Both the position numbers and the translations under genes were made by a program. Of a stretch of DNA of 64,000 bases, positions 56,489 to 63,733 are shown in pieces. The number at the start of each line of letters is the position of its first letter. The stretch's first letter is position 1. The notes below the pieces were generated by a model. The model was not told the origin of the DNA, searched no databases, and was given only the letters and a program-made list of their open reading frames with translations. The stretch spans positions 463 to 64,462 of the forward strand of contig JAHIWG010000097.1 of the NCBI GenBank assembly GCA_018816345.1. The letters run 5' to 3'. Origin of the DNA: Spirochaetota bacterium (GTDB lineage Bacteria > Spirochaetota > Spirochaetia > Treponematales > UBA12059).

Positions 56489-58282
56489 ATGGCCGCGGGC
56501 ATCACGGTCGCGTGGAGCCTCCTATCGGCCGCCGTCACGATGGCCGTCGCCTACCCCGTCGCGTCCCTGGCCCTGGGCTCCCGCCGCGCGTACGCGATCA
56601 TCTTCCCGCTCCTCGTGGCCATGTGGGCCGTGCCCGTGTACATAGGCGCGCCGCTATGGCGCTTCGTCCTCCACGGGGCCGCCGGGGACTCCGTATTCAG
56701 GGCGCTGACGGGCATAGAGGTGAACCTGATGGAGTCTCCGGCCGCGGCCTTCGCCTCGAGCGCCCTCGTCGCCGCGTGGTTCAGGCTCCCGCAGGCCGTG
56801 TTCATAATGCTCGCGGCGCTCGGCCGCTCCCGGAAGTCGATCGACGACGCCGCCAAGGTAGACGGCGCGGGCCCCGCGGCCATAGCCTTCACGATACGCC
56901 TCCCCGCGATGTCGGGCGCCCTAGGCGCGGTAGCCGCGCTGGAGCTCGTATCCGCCTTCAAGGAATTCACGGTGCCGTTCCTGATGACGGCGGGAGGCCC
57001 GCCGCTCCGCTCCGGCATCACCGCCAGGACCGTCGTCGGCGCCACCACGACGCTGGAACTGTATCTCTACGACCTCTTCTCCGGGTACGCGGACGCCGGC
57101 ATAGTCTCCGCCTACGCCGTCGTCCTATCGCTCGCGGTGGGCCTCGCGGTCGCCGGCGGCTTCGCCGTAAGGGGCGCCCTCAAGCGGCGCAGCCCCTTGC
57201 CGAGGAGAGCAGCGGAAAACCGGGCGAGCGGCTCCGGCGGCTTCGATTCGCCGTCGGGCTCGCCGTCGGAACTATCGTCGGAACTATCGTCGGATTCTCC
57301 GTCGGGCTCGCCTTCCGGCAATACGAAAGCGGCGCGGGAAGCGCGAGGCGCATGGGAACGAGCCGGTCAGGGCCGCCGGCGAGAGGCGCGCGCGTCCCGG
57401 CAAGGCCGCCGACCCGGGCCGGGCCTCGGCTACGCCCGCGTGCCGGGCAAGGCCGCCGACGCCGTCTTCGCCGGCTCTACCTGGCTCGTCGTCGCCGTCC
57501 TCGTCGCCGCCGCCGCGGTCCTGGCCTACTGCGTCGCCTGGATGGCATTCTCCGACCTGTCCATAGCCTTCATCGACTCGTTGATCCCGCGCTTCTTCAC
57601 GACGGGCAACTTCGCCAGGGCCTTCGTCGACGACGGCCTCGGCCTCGCCCTCGCCAACACGCTGTTCGTCTCCGCGGCCACCGCCGTCCTGATAGGCCTC
57701 GTCGCGTTCCCCGCCGCCGCCTGGCTAGCCGACAGGCCTCGGGCGAAGGCCGCGACGCTGTTCGTACTGCTCCAGGCCCTCTCCAGCTCCGGCGGCGTGC
57801 ACTCGCTCATACCGCTCTACGACCTCTGGAGGCGCCTCGGCCTGCTGGGCGGCTACGCGCCGGTCGTGCTCGTCTACCTGTACCACAGCCTGCCCGTGGC
57901 GCTGTTCGCCCTCGCCGAGTTCATGCGGGACCAGCCGCCCTCGTTCAAGGACGCGGCCAGGCTCGAGGGGCTCGGGACCCTGGGCTACCTCGTCCGCGTC
58001 CAGCTGCCGCTCGCCATGCCGGCCATAGGGGCGGCCGCGATGGTCGCCTTCCTCTCGGCGTGGAACGGCTTCATGGCGCCCCTCGTATTCCTGGACGACG
58101 ACGCCAAGTACACCATAGCCGTCAGGCTCCACTCCTACGTCGGCTCCATAGCCTCGGGCTCGCCCAAGTGGAACCGCTTCGCCGCGGCCTCGATCGTCAA
58201 CATAGCCATCGTGGGCGTACTGTTCAGGCGCTGGAAGAAGCCGCTCGCGAGCTCGGCGCTGTCCGATCAGGCCGACGACTGA
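56489..58282 (+). CDS. Fused MalF-like + MalG-like ABC permease (coordinates from the first ATG; the true start is probably upstream, see findings)
   Basis: Two EAA loops (IDDAAKVDGAGPAAIAFTIRLP and FKDAARLEGLGTLGYLVRVQLP) are separated by a Ser/Pro/Gly/Arg-rich linker of about 85 aa. The frame is open from 56261. Confidence 0.8.
   Translation: MAAGITVAWSLLSAAVTMAVAYPVASLALGSRRAYAIIFPLLVAMWAVPVYIGAPLWRFVLHGAAGDSVFRALTGIEVNLMESPAAAFASSALVAAWFRLPQAVFIMLAALGRSRKSIDDAAKVDGAGPAAIAFTIRLPAMSGALGAVAALELVSAFKEFTVPFLMTAGGPPLRSGITARTVVGATTTLELYLYDLFSGYADAGIVSAYAVVLSLAVGLAVAGGFAVRGALKRRSPLPRRAAENRASGSGGFDSPSGSPSELSSELSSDSPSGSPSGNTKAAREARGAWERAGQGRRREARASRQGRRPGPGLGYARVPGKAADAVFAGSTWLVVAVLVAAAAVLAYCVAWMAFSDLSIAFIDSLIPRFFTTGNFARAFVDDGLGLALANTLFVSAATAVLIGLVAFPAAAWLADRPRAKAATLFVLLQALSSSGGVHSLIPLYDLWRRLGLLGGYAPVVLVYLYHSLPVALFALAEFMRDQPPSFKDAARLEGLGTLGYLVRVQLPLAMPAIGAAAMVAFLSAWNGFMAPLVFLDDDAKYTIAVRLHSYVGSIASGSPKWNRFAAASIVNIAIVGVLFRRWKKPLASSALSDQADD
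57250..57309 (+). repeat. In-frame 12-nt tandem repeat (5 units) inside the permease linker
   Basis: gccgtcgggctc / gccgtcggaact / atcgtcggaact / atcgtcggattc / tccgtcgggctc, encoding PSGS-PSEL-SSEL-SSDS-PSGS. Confidence 0.85.
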
Positions 58283-58307
58283 CGGGCGCGGCGGCCGGCC
58301 CCCGGGG

Positions 58308-59126
58308 CTATGCGCGGACGGGCTCGACGCCTCGGGAGGCCAGGCTCCTCCGCCACGCGTCCATAAGCACGCCGAAGGCTACGCCGGCGTTGAGGCTGCC
58401 CTTGGCTCCGAGCATGGGTATGCTGACCGTGCGCGAGCACAGGGCCATGGCCTCGGGGGACACGCCGAGCTCCTCGGAGCCCACCACGACGATGCCGCGC
58501 TCGGGGAAGGCGAAGGTATCGATCGGCTCGCCGCGGAGCTCCAGGGCGAAGGCCTCGCCCGGCTCCGCCAGCGCCTCCAGCCCGCCCCTGCGCCACGGGA
58601 CTATGTCGACGGCGCCCATCGCGGAGCGCTCCGCCCTCTGGTGCCTCGGGTCCGCGGTGAAGCCGGACAGCACTATCTCGGCGACACCGAAGGCGTCGGC
58701 GCTCCTGAAGACGGAGCCGACGTTGAACGGCGAGCGCAGGTCCTCCAGGTAGGCCCGCACGCCCGGGAAAACCCTGCGGGCCCCTTGCGCCAGAATTAGG
58801 CCCAGCGGCTCGCGAAGGTCCCAGTCGGCGGGGGAGACGCCCGCGTGGGCCTCGAGCCCCCTCCTGAGCCTGTTTACGAGCCTCGTTCCCGCCTCCGGCG
58901 ACGATAGGGCCATCCTGCCCGCCTCGCCCGAGGCCTCGGCCGCGAGCGCGCGCAGTTCCGGGCCCAGGGACTCGTCGGCCGCGAAGGCAGAGCCTAGCTC
59001 CGCGACCCACGCGCCCGCGCTCGTCAGGCCCTGCCTGTAGTCGGCCTCCGTATGCCCGAGGACCTGGGCGGCCTTGCGCGCCCGATGCAAGGGAGTGAGC
59101 GTCATCAGCTTCCGTACGGCTATCAT
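58308..59126 (-). CDS. SpoU/TrmH-family RNA 2'-O-methyltransferase
   Basis: C-terminal SPOUT motifs NVGSVFRSADAFG, VVVGSEELGVS and IPMLGAKGSLNAGVAFGVLM. Confidence 0.85.
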   Translation of the reverse strand: MIAVRKLMTLTPLHRARKAAQVLGHTEADYRQGLTSAGAWVAELGSAFAADESLGPELRALAAEASGEAGRMALSSPEAGTRLVNRLRRGLEAHAGVSPADWDLREPLGLILAQGARRVFPGVRAYLEDLRSPFNVGSVFRSADAFGVAEIVLSGFTADPRHQRAERSAMGAVDIVPWRRGGLEALAEPGEAFALELRGEPIDTFAFPERGIVVVGSEELGVSPEAMALCSRTVSIPMLGAKGSLNAGVAFGVLMDAWRRSLASRGVEPVRA

Positions 59127-59150
59127 GAGAAGAGCCTGGTATACGTTATT

Positions 59151-59262
59151 AACACAGAGACACAGAGAAGACGAGGGAAGATAGTAAATACGCCGGAACG
59201 AGACGATATAGGAGCTAAATTCCCAGAGCCCATTCTTCTCATCTTCTCCGTGTCTCTGTGTT
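59151..59262. repeat. 21-bp inverted repeat (20/21 match) with 70-nt spacer in an AT-rich intergenic island
   Basis: The left arm aacacagagacacagagaaga (59151-59171) pairs with the right arm tcttctccgtgtctctgtgtt (59242-59262). Local composition is far more AT-rich than the rest of the window. Confidence 0.85.
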
Positions 59263-59283
59263 CAAATTCCCGAACTCGTTTCG

Positions 59284-60432
59284 TCAATAAACCGTTTTTA
59301 TGAAATCGAAGACGTCGTCCACGGTCATGGTTCGGGGCAGGAAGTTCATGAAGTCGAAGCGCCGCGCCGTCTCGGCCGTCTCGACGAGGCGTTCCAGCGG
59401 AAGCTCGAAGTCCTTGAGGCGGCTCGGGATCTTCAGGAGGCCGAGCCTGGTCCTCATCGACTCCACGGCCCTCGCGGCGGCTCCGGCGGCGCCCTCGTCG
59501 GGGTCGACCTCGCAGAACAGCGGCGCCAGGGTGGCTATCTTCTCGGGCCGCGAGCGGGACAGCGACTCCAGAAGGTACGGCAGAATCACCGCGGCGAGAT
59601 TGGCCTTGGGCACGCCCCAGCGGGCGTTGACGGCGAAGGAGATGGCGGTGCCGAGGCCGGGAGACGAGGAAGCGAGCCCGAGCCCGGACAGGAAGCAGGC
59701 GCGCGCGGCGTCCATCCTGGCCTGGGGATCCTCGGGACGCTGCAGGGTCACGTCGAGGGCGCGGATATAGAGGCCTACGGCCTCCTTGAGGGCCATGTCC
59801 GAGAGGAAGCCCTCCCGAGACGAGGCGTAGCCCTCTATGGCGCCCATCGCGCCGTCGAGCAGGGCCGCCGCCGCCGCCTTGTTGGAAAGGCCGCCTAGCG
59901 CGTTAGGGTCGAGCACCACGGCCGTCTCGACGCCGCGGCGCGCCTGCAGGAAGGAGGCGCCGCCGGAGCGGGCGTCGGTGAGCACGAGGCCGCCGGAGAG
60001 CAGGAAGGGGTCACGGTAGCTCGTCGGCACGAGCACGAGCGGCAGCGACTGCCTAACGGGAGGCTCCCCGTCCATCCAGCCGTCGACGGAGGACTCCCCG
60101 GGGGCGAGGGCGGCCACCGCCTTAGCCACGTGGAGCGCGCGTATGCCTCCAAGGCCTATGACGAGGGGCGCCTTCGAGCCTCGGGCCAGGGCCACGGCCT
60201 CCTCGACGGCCGCCGACGAGGGCCGCTCGGCCATATCGTCGAAGACGATCAGCTGCATGCCTCGCCCCTCCAGGATAGCGGTCAGGCGCTCGGTCGTCTT
60301 GGCCTCCCCGAGGCCGGGGTCGGCCACGAGGATGGCCCTATCGGCCCCCCCCTCGAGCACCAGGGGCAGCTTATATAGGGCGTCCTGCCCGATGAAGCAG
60401 TCGGCCGGGACGTGGAACCTGAAATCAGCCAT
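59284..60432 (-). CDS. Iron-containing alcohol dehydrogenase-fold protein with substituted metal ligands (probable pseudoenzyme)
   Basis: ATG at 60432 after GGAGGG. The Fe-ADH fold is recognisable: LVIGLGGIRALHVAKA, LLDGAMGAIEGYAS and GLGTAISFAVNARWGVPKANLAAVILP. The three canonical His ligands align to G, T and K. Confidence 0.7.
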   Translation of the reverse strand: MADFRFHVPADCFIGQDALYKLPLVLEGGADRAILVADPGLGEAKTTERLTAILEGRGMQLIVFDDMAERPSSAAVEEAVALARGSKAPLVIGLGGIRALHVAKAVAALAPGESSVDGWMDGEPPVRQSLPLVLVPTSYRDPFLLSGGLVLTDARSGGASFLQARRGVETAVVLDPNALGGLSNKAAAAALLDGAMGAIEGYASSREGFLSDMALKEAVGLYIRALDVTLQRPEDPQARMDAARACFLSGLGLASSSPGLGTAISFAVNARWGVPKANLAAVILPYLLESLSRSRPEKIATLAPLFCEVDPDEGAAGAAARAVESMRTRLGLLKIPSRLKDFELPLERLVETAETARRFDFMNFLPRTMTVDDVFDFIKTVY

Positions 60433-60445
60433 GCGGCACCCTCCG

Positions 60446-60481
60446 AATAAATAAAAAGGACGGAGGTGCACGCCTCCGCCC
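60446..60481 (-). terminator. Intrinsic terminator after flgM
   Basis: Minus-strand sequence GGGCGGAGG-CGTGCA-CCTCCGTCC (8 of 9 pairs) followed by TTTTTATTTATT. Only about 14 nt separate the T-tract from the ADH-like start codon. Confidence 0.6.
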
Positions 60482-60502
60482 TTGTATCGATCGCATCGCG
60501 GG

Positions 60503-60781
60503 TTACAGTAGCTGTTCGAGGATCCGGTCGGCGGTCGCGGAGAGTACGGCGTCGTTTATGTAGTTAGGATCGTCTATCTTCGCCTTGAGCTCGGCGACCC
60601 GATCCATCCTGACGTCCGGCGCGGCCTTGGCCAGCTCGAGGGCCTTGAACAGCTCGGCTTTGACGACGGCCTCCGAGGACAGGCTCACGGAATCGCTTCC
60701 TGAATTCCTATCGGCGCGGGTAACGCCGGAGGGTTTCTTTGGCTGGATCGGATCCAGCGGGTTCAGCCTGTCAATCGTCAT
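60503..60781 (-). CDS. flgM: Anti-sigma-28 factor FlgM
   Basis: 92 aa with a disordered N-terminus and the conserved C-terminal VAELKAKIDDPNYINDAVLSATADRILEQL. Confidence 0.8.
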   Translation of the reverse strand: MTIDRLNPLDPIQPKKPSGVTRADRNSGSDSVSLSSEAVVKAELFKALELAKAAPDVRMDRVAELKAKIDDPNYINDAVLSATADRILEQLL

Positions 60782-60808
60782 AGGTGGCCCCTGCCTTTCA
60801 CATAGTCA

Positions 60809-60836
60809 ATATCGGCAACGCCTAGCGTTTAGTTTA
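60809..60836 (-). promoter_or_regulatory. Sigma-28 (FliA)-type promoter upstream of flgM (TAAA-N16-GCCGATAT)
   Basis: Minus-strand sequence TAAACTAAACGCTAGGCGTTGCCGATAT. The -35 TAAA overlaps the rsmI stop codon. The -10 GCCGATAT (rc of 60809-60816) lies about 28 nt upstream of the flgM ATG. Confidence 0.5.
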
Positions 60837-61514
60837 CCCTTTTTTAGCGCCGGACACAAGTAGCGCTATCTCGCCCTTCACGGAATCCCTCGCGGCGAGC
60901 GAGTCCCTGACCTCGGTCGCCGTGCCGCATAGGAATTCCTCGTGCAGCTTGGTCATCTCGCGTCCGACGCATATCCGCCGCACAGGATCTATATCGGCAA
61001 TATCGCCCAATAGTTTTACTATTCTATGCGGCGATTCGTACATCACGAAGGCTTCCTCGCGGGACATGAGCTCCGCGGCGCGAGAGCGCCTGCGCCCGGG
61101 CTTGGGCGACGGGAACCCGTCGAACGTGACGGCCTTGTAGAAGAGCCCCGCGGCGGAGACGAGCGCCGCGAACGCGCTGGGGCCGGGCACGGGCACGACC
61201 TCGTGGCCCGCCTCCCGGGCGCGGACGGCGGCGAGCACTCCGGGATCCGACAGGCCGGGAGTCCCGGCGTCGGAGCAGTACGCGACGTCCTTGCCCTGCT
61301 CGAGGAGGCCGACTATCCGGGAGCTCCCCTTCTCTTCCTCGTACGCGTAGCACGCGACGAGCTGCTTCTTGATGCCCAGGTGGTTGAGGAGCTTGAGCGT
61401 GTGCCTGGTATCCTCGCAGGCTATGACGTCGACCTCGCCTAGTATCCTGACGGCGCGGAGCGTAATATCCTCGAGATTGCCTATAGGCGTCGCGACCATG
61501 TAGAGTGTAGCCAT
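60834..61514 (-). CDS. rsmI: 16S rRNA (cytidine1402-2'-O)-methyltransferase RsmI
   Basis: ATG at 61514 (MATLYMVATPIGNLEDITLRAVRIL). Motifs ACEDTRHT and ESPHR. Confidence 0.9.
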   Translation of the reverse strand: MATLYMVATPIGNLEDITLRAVRILGEVDVIACEDTRHTLKLLNHLGIKKQLVACYAYEEEKGSSRIVGLLEQGKDVAYCSDAGTPGLSDPGVLAAVRAREAGHEVVPVPGPSAFAALVSAAGLFYKAVTFDGFPSPKPGRRRSRAAELMSREEAFVMYESPHRIVKLLGDIADIDPVRRICVGREMTKLHEEFLCGTATEVRDSLAARDSVKGEIALLVSGAKKG

Positions 61515-61570
61515 CCTTACAGTATGGTCCCAGGCGACGCGTATCGTCAACGTCGTGCTATACTGGGCCC

Positions 61571-61996
61571 ATGGACGACCTCGTATTCGCAGCCGTGCTC
61601 GCCTCCGTCGGGGCGTTCCTCCTCTGGATCTTCTGGGCCCTCGTATTCCGCCCCTACGCGGCGCGCAAGGAGAGGAGCAGCCCCCGCTTCGTCGCCGACG
61701 GGCTGGGCGAGACGAGGGAGAAGGGCGTCGGGGCGCGGACCTGCCCCGTCTGCGGCGAGCGCCTCGCGCCCGGGGTCCTCGTCAAGTCGAAGGTCTTCAA
61801 GGGCTCGAGCGCCGACAAGGTGATGCAGATATTCGGCTGCCCCTACTGCTGGCCGGAGAACACCGAGTACCGCAGGATATGCCCCGTGTGCGAGAAGATA
61901 GTGCCCCGCGGCGGATACCTGCTGGCCCGCTACTTCGAGAAACCGGGCCACCGCCATGTCCACGTGCTCGGCTGCTCGGGGTGCAGGAGGGGATAG
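61571..61996 (+). CDS. Membrane-anchored protein with four CxxC pairs (double zinc-ribbon-like)
   Basis: N-terminal TM helix (FAAVLASVGAFLLWIFWALVF), then CPVC, CPYC, CPVC and CSGC. Confidence 0.6.
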   Translation: MDDLVFAAVLASVGAFLLWIFWALVFRPYAARKERSSPRFVADGLGETREKGVGARTCPVCGERLAPGVLVKSKVFKGSSADKVMQIFGCPYCWPENTEYRRICPVCEKIVPRGGYLLARYFEKPGHRHVHVLGCSGCRRG

Positions 61997-62062
61997 GCCG
62001 GAGCGCTGGCTAAGCCGCCGGCTCCGATCCGGACGCGAATGACATGCTACTCGCCCGCGTCC

Positions 62063-63556
62063 CTAGGGGTTATCGAACAAGGTAAAGCGATACAGGACGC
62101 CCGCGATCTGATATACGATATCGATCCTCTCGACGAGCAGCTCGCCTTCCGGGGCGGTAGAGCCGACGAAGCAGGCGCCGGCCGGGACGAAGCGCGTGAC
62201 GTTGTTCCAATTTTCGTTGGCGTAATTATACGTGAAGGTTCCGTCCCCGTTATCCTTCTTCTTCGTTATAGTCGTCGTGAAAGCCTGCGCAAGACGCAGG
62301 AAAGTCGTCAGGTCGCCAATCGCCCCGTATGCCCGGACCGCGGGATTCCATGCGTACCATCGTAGATCGACGGCGGCCAACCGCCCATCGGCCCCGACGC
62401 TCAGCATGATCGAGGGGATATAGTACATGAAGGCGCGTTCGGGGGCCGGGGTGAAGGGCGATGCGGCTTCCATATCGAAGAGCGCCTTTTCCGCGCGCCC
62501 GCCCGCCCTGACTGCGTTCACTCTCCAGACGCCATTGGGCGGGTCTTCCTCGCAGTCGAACCCGACGATATAGCTTCCGGGCGTTCCCTCGGGCAACGGC
62601 GCGATCCAGGGCGCATAGCCGCCTTGGGTGGATCTGAGATACGCGAGGCTGAGCGGGCTGTCGGGGCTGAAAGCGACCGGCGGCGCCGTATTCTTGACGG
62701 TCAGGCCCGTAGGCGGGACTATCTCTATGTCCACCACGCCGCTGACGACGTCGTCGTAGTCATGATCCGATGGGCTGAACGCGTCGATCCGTATATTGAA
62801 CCCCGAGGTATGGGCCCACGTTTCCACCGGCAGCCAGGCATTCTGCGCCGAGGCGATGGCCTCGGTGAAGTAATTCTGGGTCCGCTCGATATACTCCTGG
62901 CCGGTGGCTCGATCCCGGTTCACGTACAGGTTCTTCACGTGCTTGAACAGATTGTCGTGGTACGCGGTCTCCATCAACTGGTCGAAACTCAGGGAGAAAC
63001 TATCCTCCTGGCTCTCCAGGGATTCCTGTGAAACGGCGATACCCTCTGCCAGGTCGACGGAACCGAAATCAAGATCCCTCCGCGCTGAGAACAGGGGGAA
63101 CACCACCAGATCCGCCCCGTCCGCGGCCCGGAGCGATACGAAGCCCGCGGCCTTCTCTTCCAGGGCGGTGGCCGTCGGATTGTATAGCAATAGCATATCC
63201 GATTCGTCGCCTCCCGGGGTTACGGTGATATTGAAAGCACCGTCGTCGCCGATAGGGACGCCCTGCATCTGGCCGATATCGACGCTGCCGGCGATTATTG
63301 GGATCGATCCGATATGCGTCACCGCGCTGCCGATGGATCGGGACGCCTTTCCATCAGTCGTGGCGGCCCTGAAGCCCGCCCCGAGGACGCCCCGAATCGT
63401 CATAGGCTCGCCAGGGTCGCGCGTATAGTCGGCCAAAGAATCGCCGCAGGAAGCGAGCGTCATGGTACCGTAGCTAAGCGCCGCGGCGACGATTAGCGAG
63501 AAGGACTGTACTACCGCCGACGGGATCCCGCTTATAGGCGTGCGGTTCCTTTTCAT
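62063..63556 (-). CDS. Predicted lipoprotein, unknown function
   Basis: Signal peptide plus lipobox (LSYGTMTLASC). 497 aa with no motif I recognise. Visibly lower GC than neighbouring genes. Confidence 0.65.
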   Translation of the reverse strand: MKRNRTPISGIPSAVVQSFSLIVAAALSYGTMTLASCGDSLADYTRDPGEPMTIRGVLGAGFRAATTDGKASRSIGSAVTHIGSIPIIAGSVDIGQMQGVPIGDDGAFNITVTPGGDESDMLLLYNPTATALEEKAAGFVSLRAADGADLVVFPLFSARRDLDFGSVDLAEGIAVSQESLESQEDSFSLSFDQLMETAYHDNLFKHVKNLYVNRDRATGQEYIERTQNYFTEAIASAQNAWLPVETWAHTSGFNIRIDAFSPSDHDYDDVVSGVVDIEIVPPTGLTVKNTAPPVAFSPDSPLSLAYLRSTQGGYAPWIAPLPEGTPGSYIVGFDCEEDPPNGVWRVNAVRAGGRAEKALFDMEAASPFTPAPERAFMYYIPSIMLSVGADGRLAAVDLRWYAWNPAVRAYGAIGDLTTFLRLAQAFTTTITKKKDNGDGTFTYNYANENWNNVTRFVPAGACFVGSTAPEGELLVERIDIVYQIAGVLYRFTLFDNP

Positions 63557-63625
63557 GGAAGCCTCCCTTATCCGTCTCCAGACATGAACGGCTCGAATCG
63601 GTCATCCATTATTCTACCACGACTG

Positions 63626-63659
63626 CGTCCAGGCTTCTATCTTACGTCCAGGCTTCTAT
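63626..63659. repeat. 15-nt direct repeat (cgtccaggcttctat) x2, 4-nt spacer, upstream of the lipoprotein gene
   Basis: Perfect copies at 63626-63640 and 63645-63659, 70-100 nt upstream of the start at 63556. Candidate transcription-factor site. Confidence 0.8.
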
Positions 63660-63733
63660 TTTAGGAGGAAAACGACGCGGGGGGACGCCCCGTCGCCGAG
63701 ACGAGCATGGGCGGGCCGCGGCCGATACCGGCC

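Noticed and set aside
56512-58752. 746-aa plus-strand ORF in an alternative frame of the fused permease, running on into the SpoU gene region.
   Set aside because: It has extreme Arg/Pro/Gly composition, no hydrophobic or catalytic motifs, and overlaps two well-supported genes. It is a shadow ORF.
59052-59303. 83-aa ORF across the AT-rich island.
   Set aside because: Its 5' part is antisense to the SpoU gene, the remainder has no RBS or coding bias, and it runs through both arms of the inverted repeat. It is more likely noncoding.
60433-60781. A simple flgM / ADH-like bicistronic operon.
   Set aside because: A good hairpin plus T-run terminator lies between the two genes (60446-60481). Any coupling must therefore be via read-through. 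The observation is kept as a finding in that qualified form.
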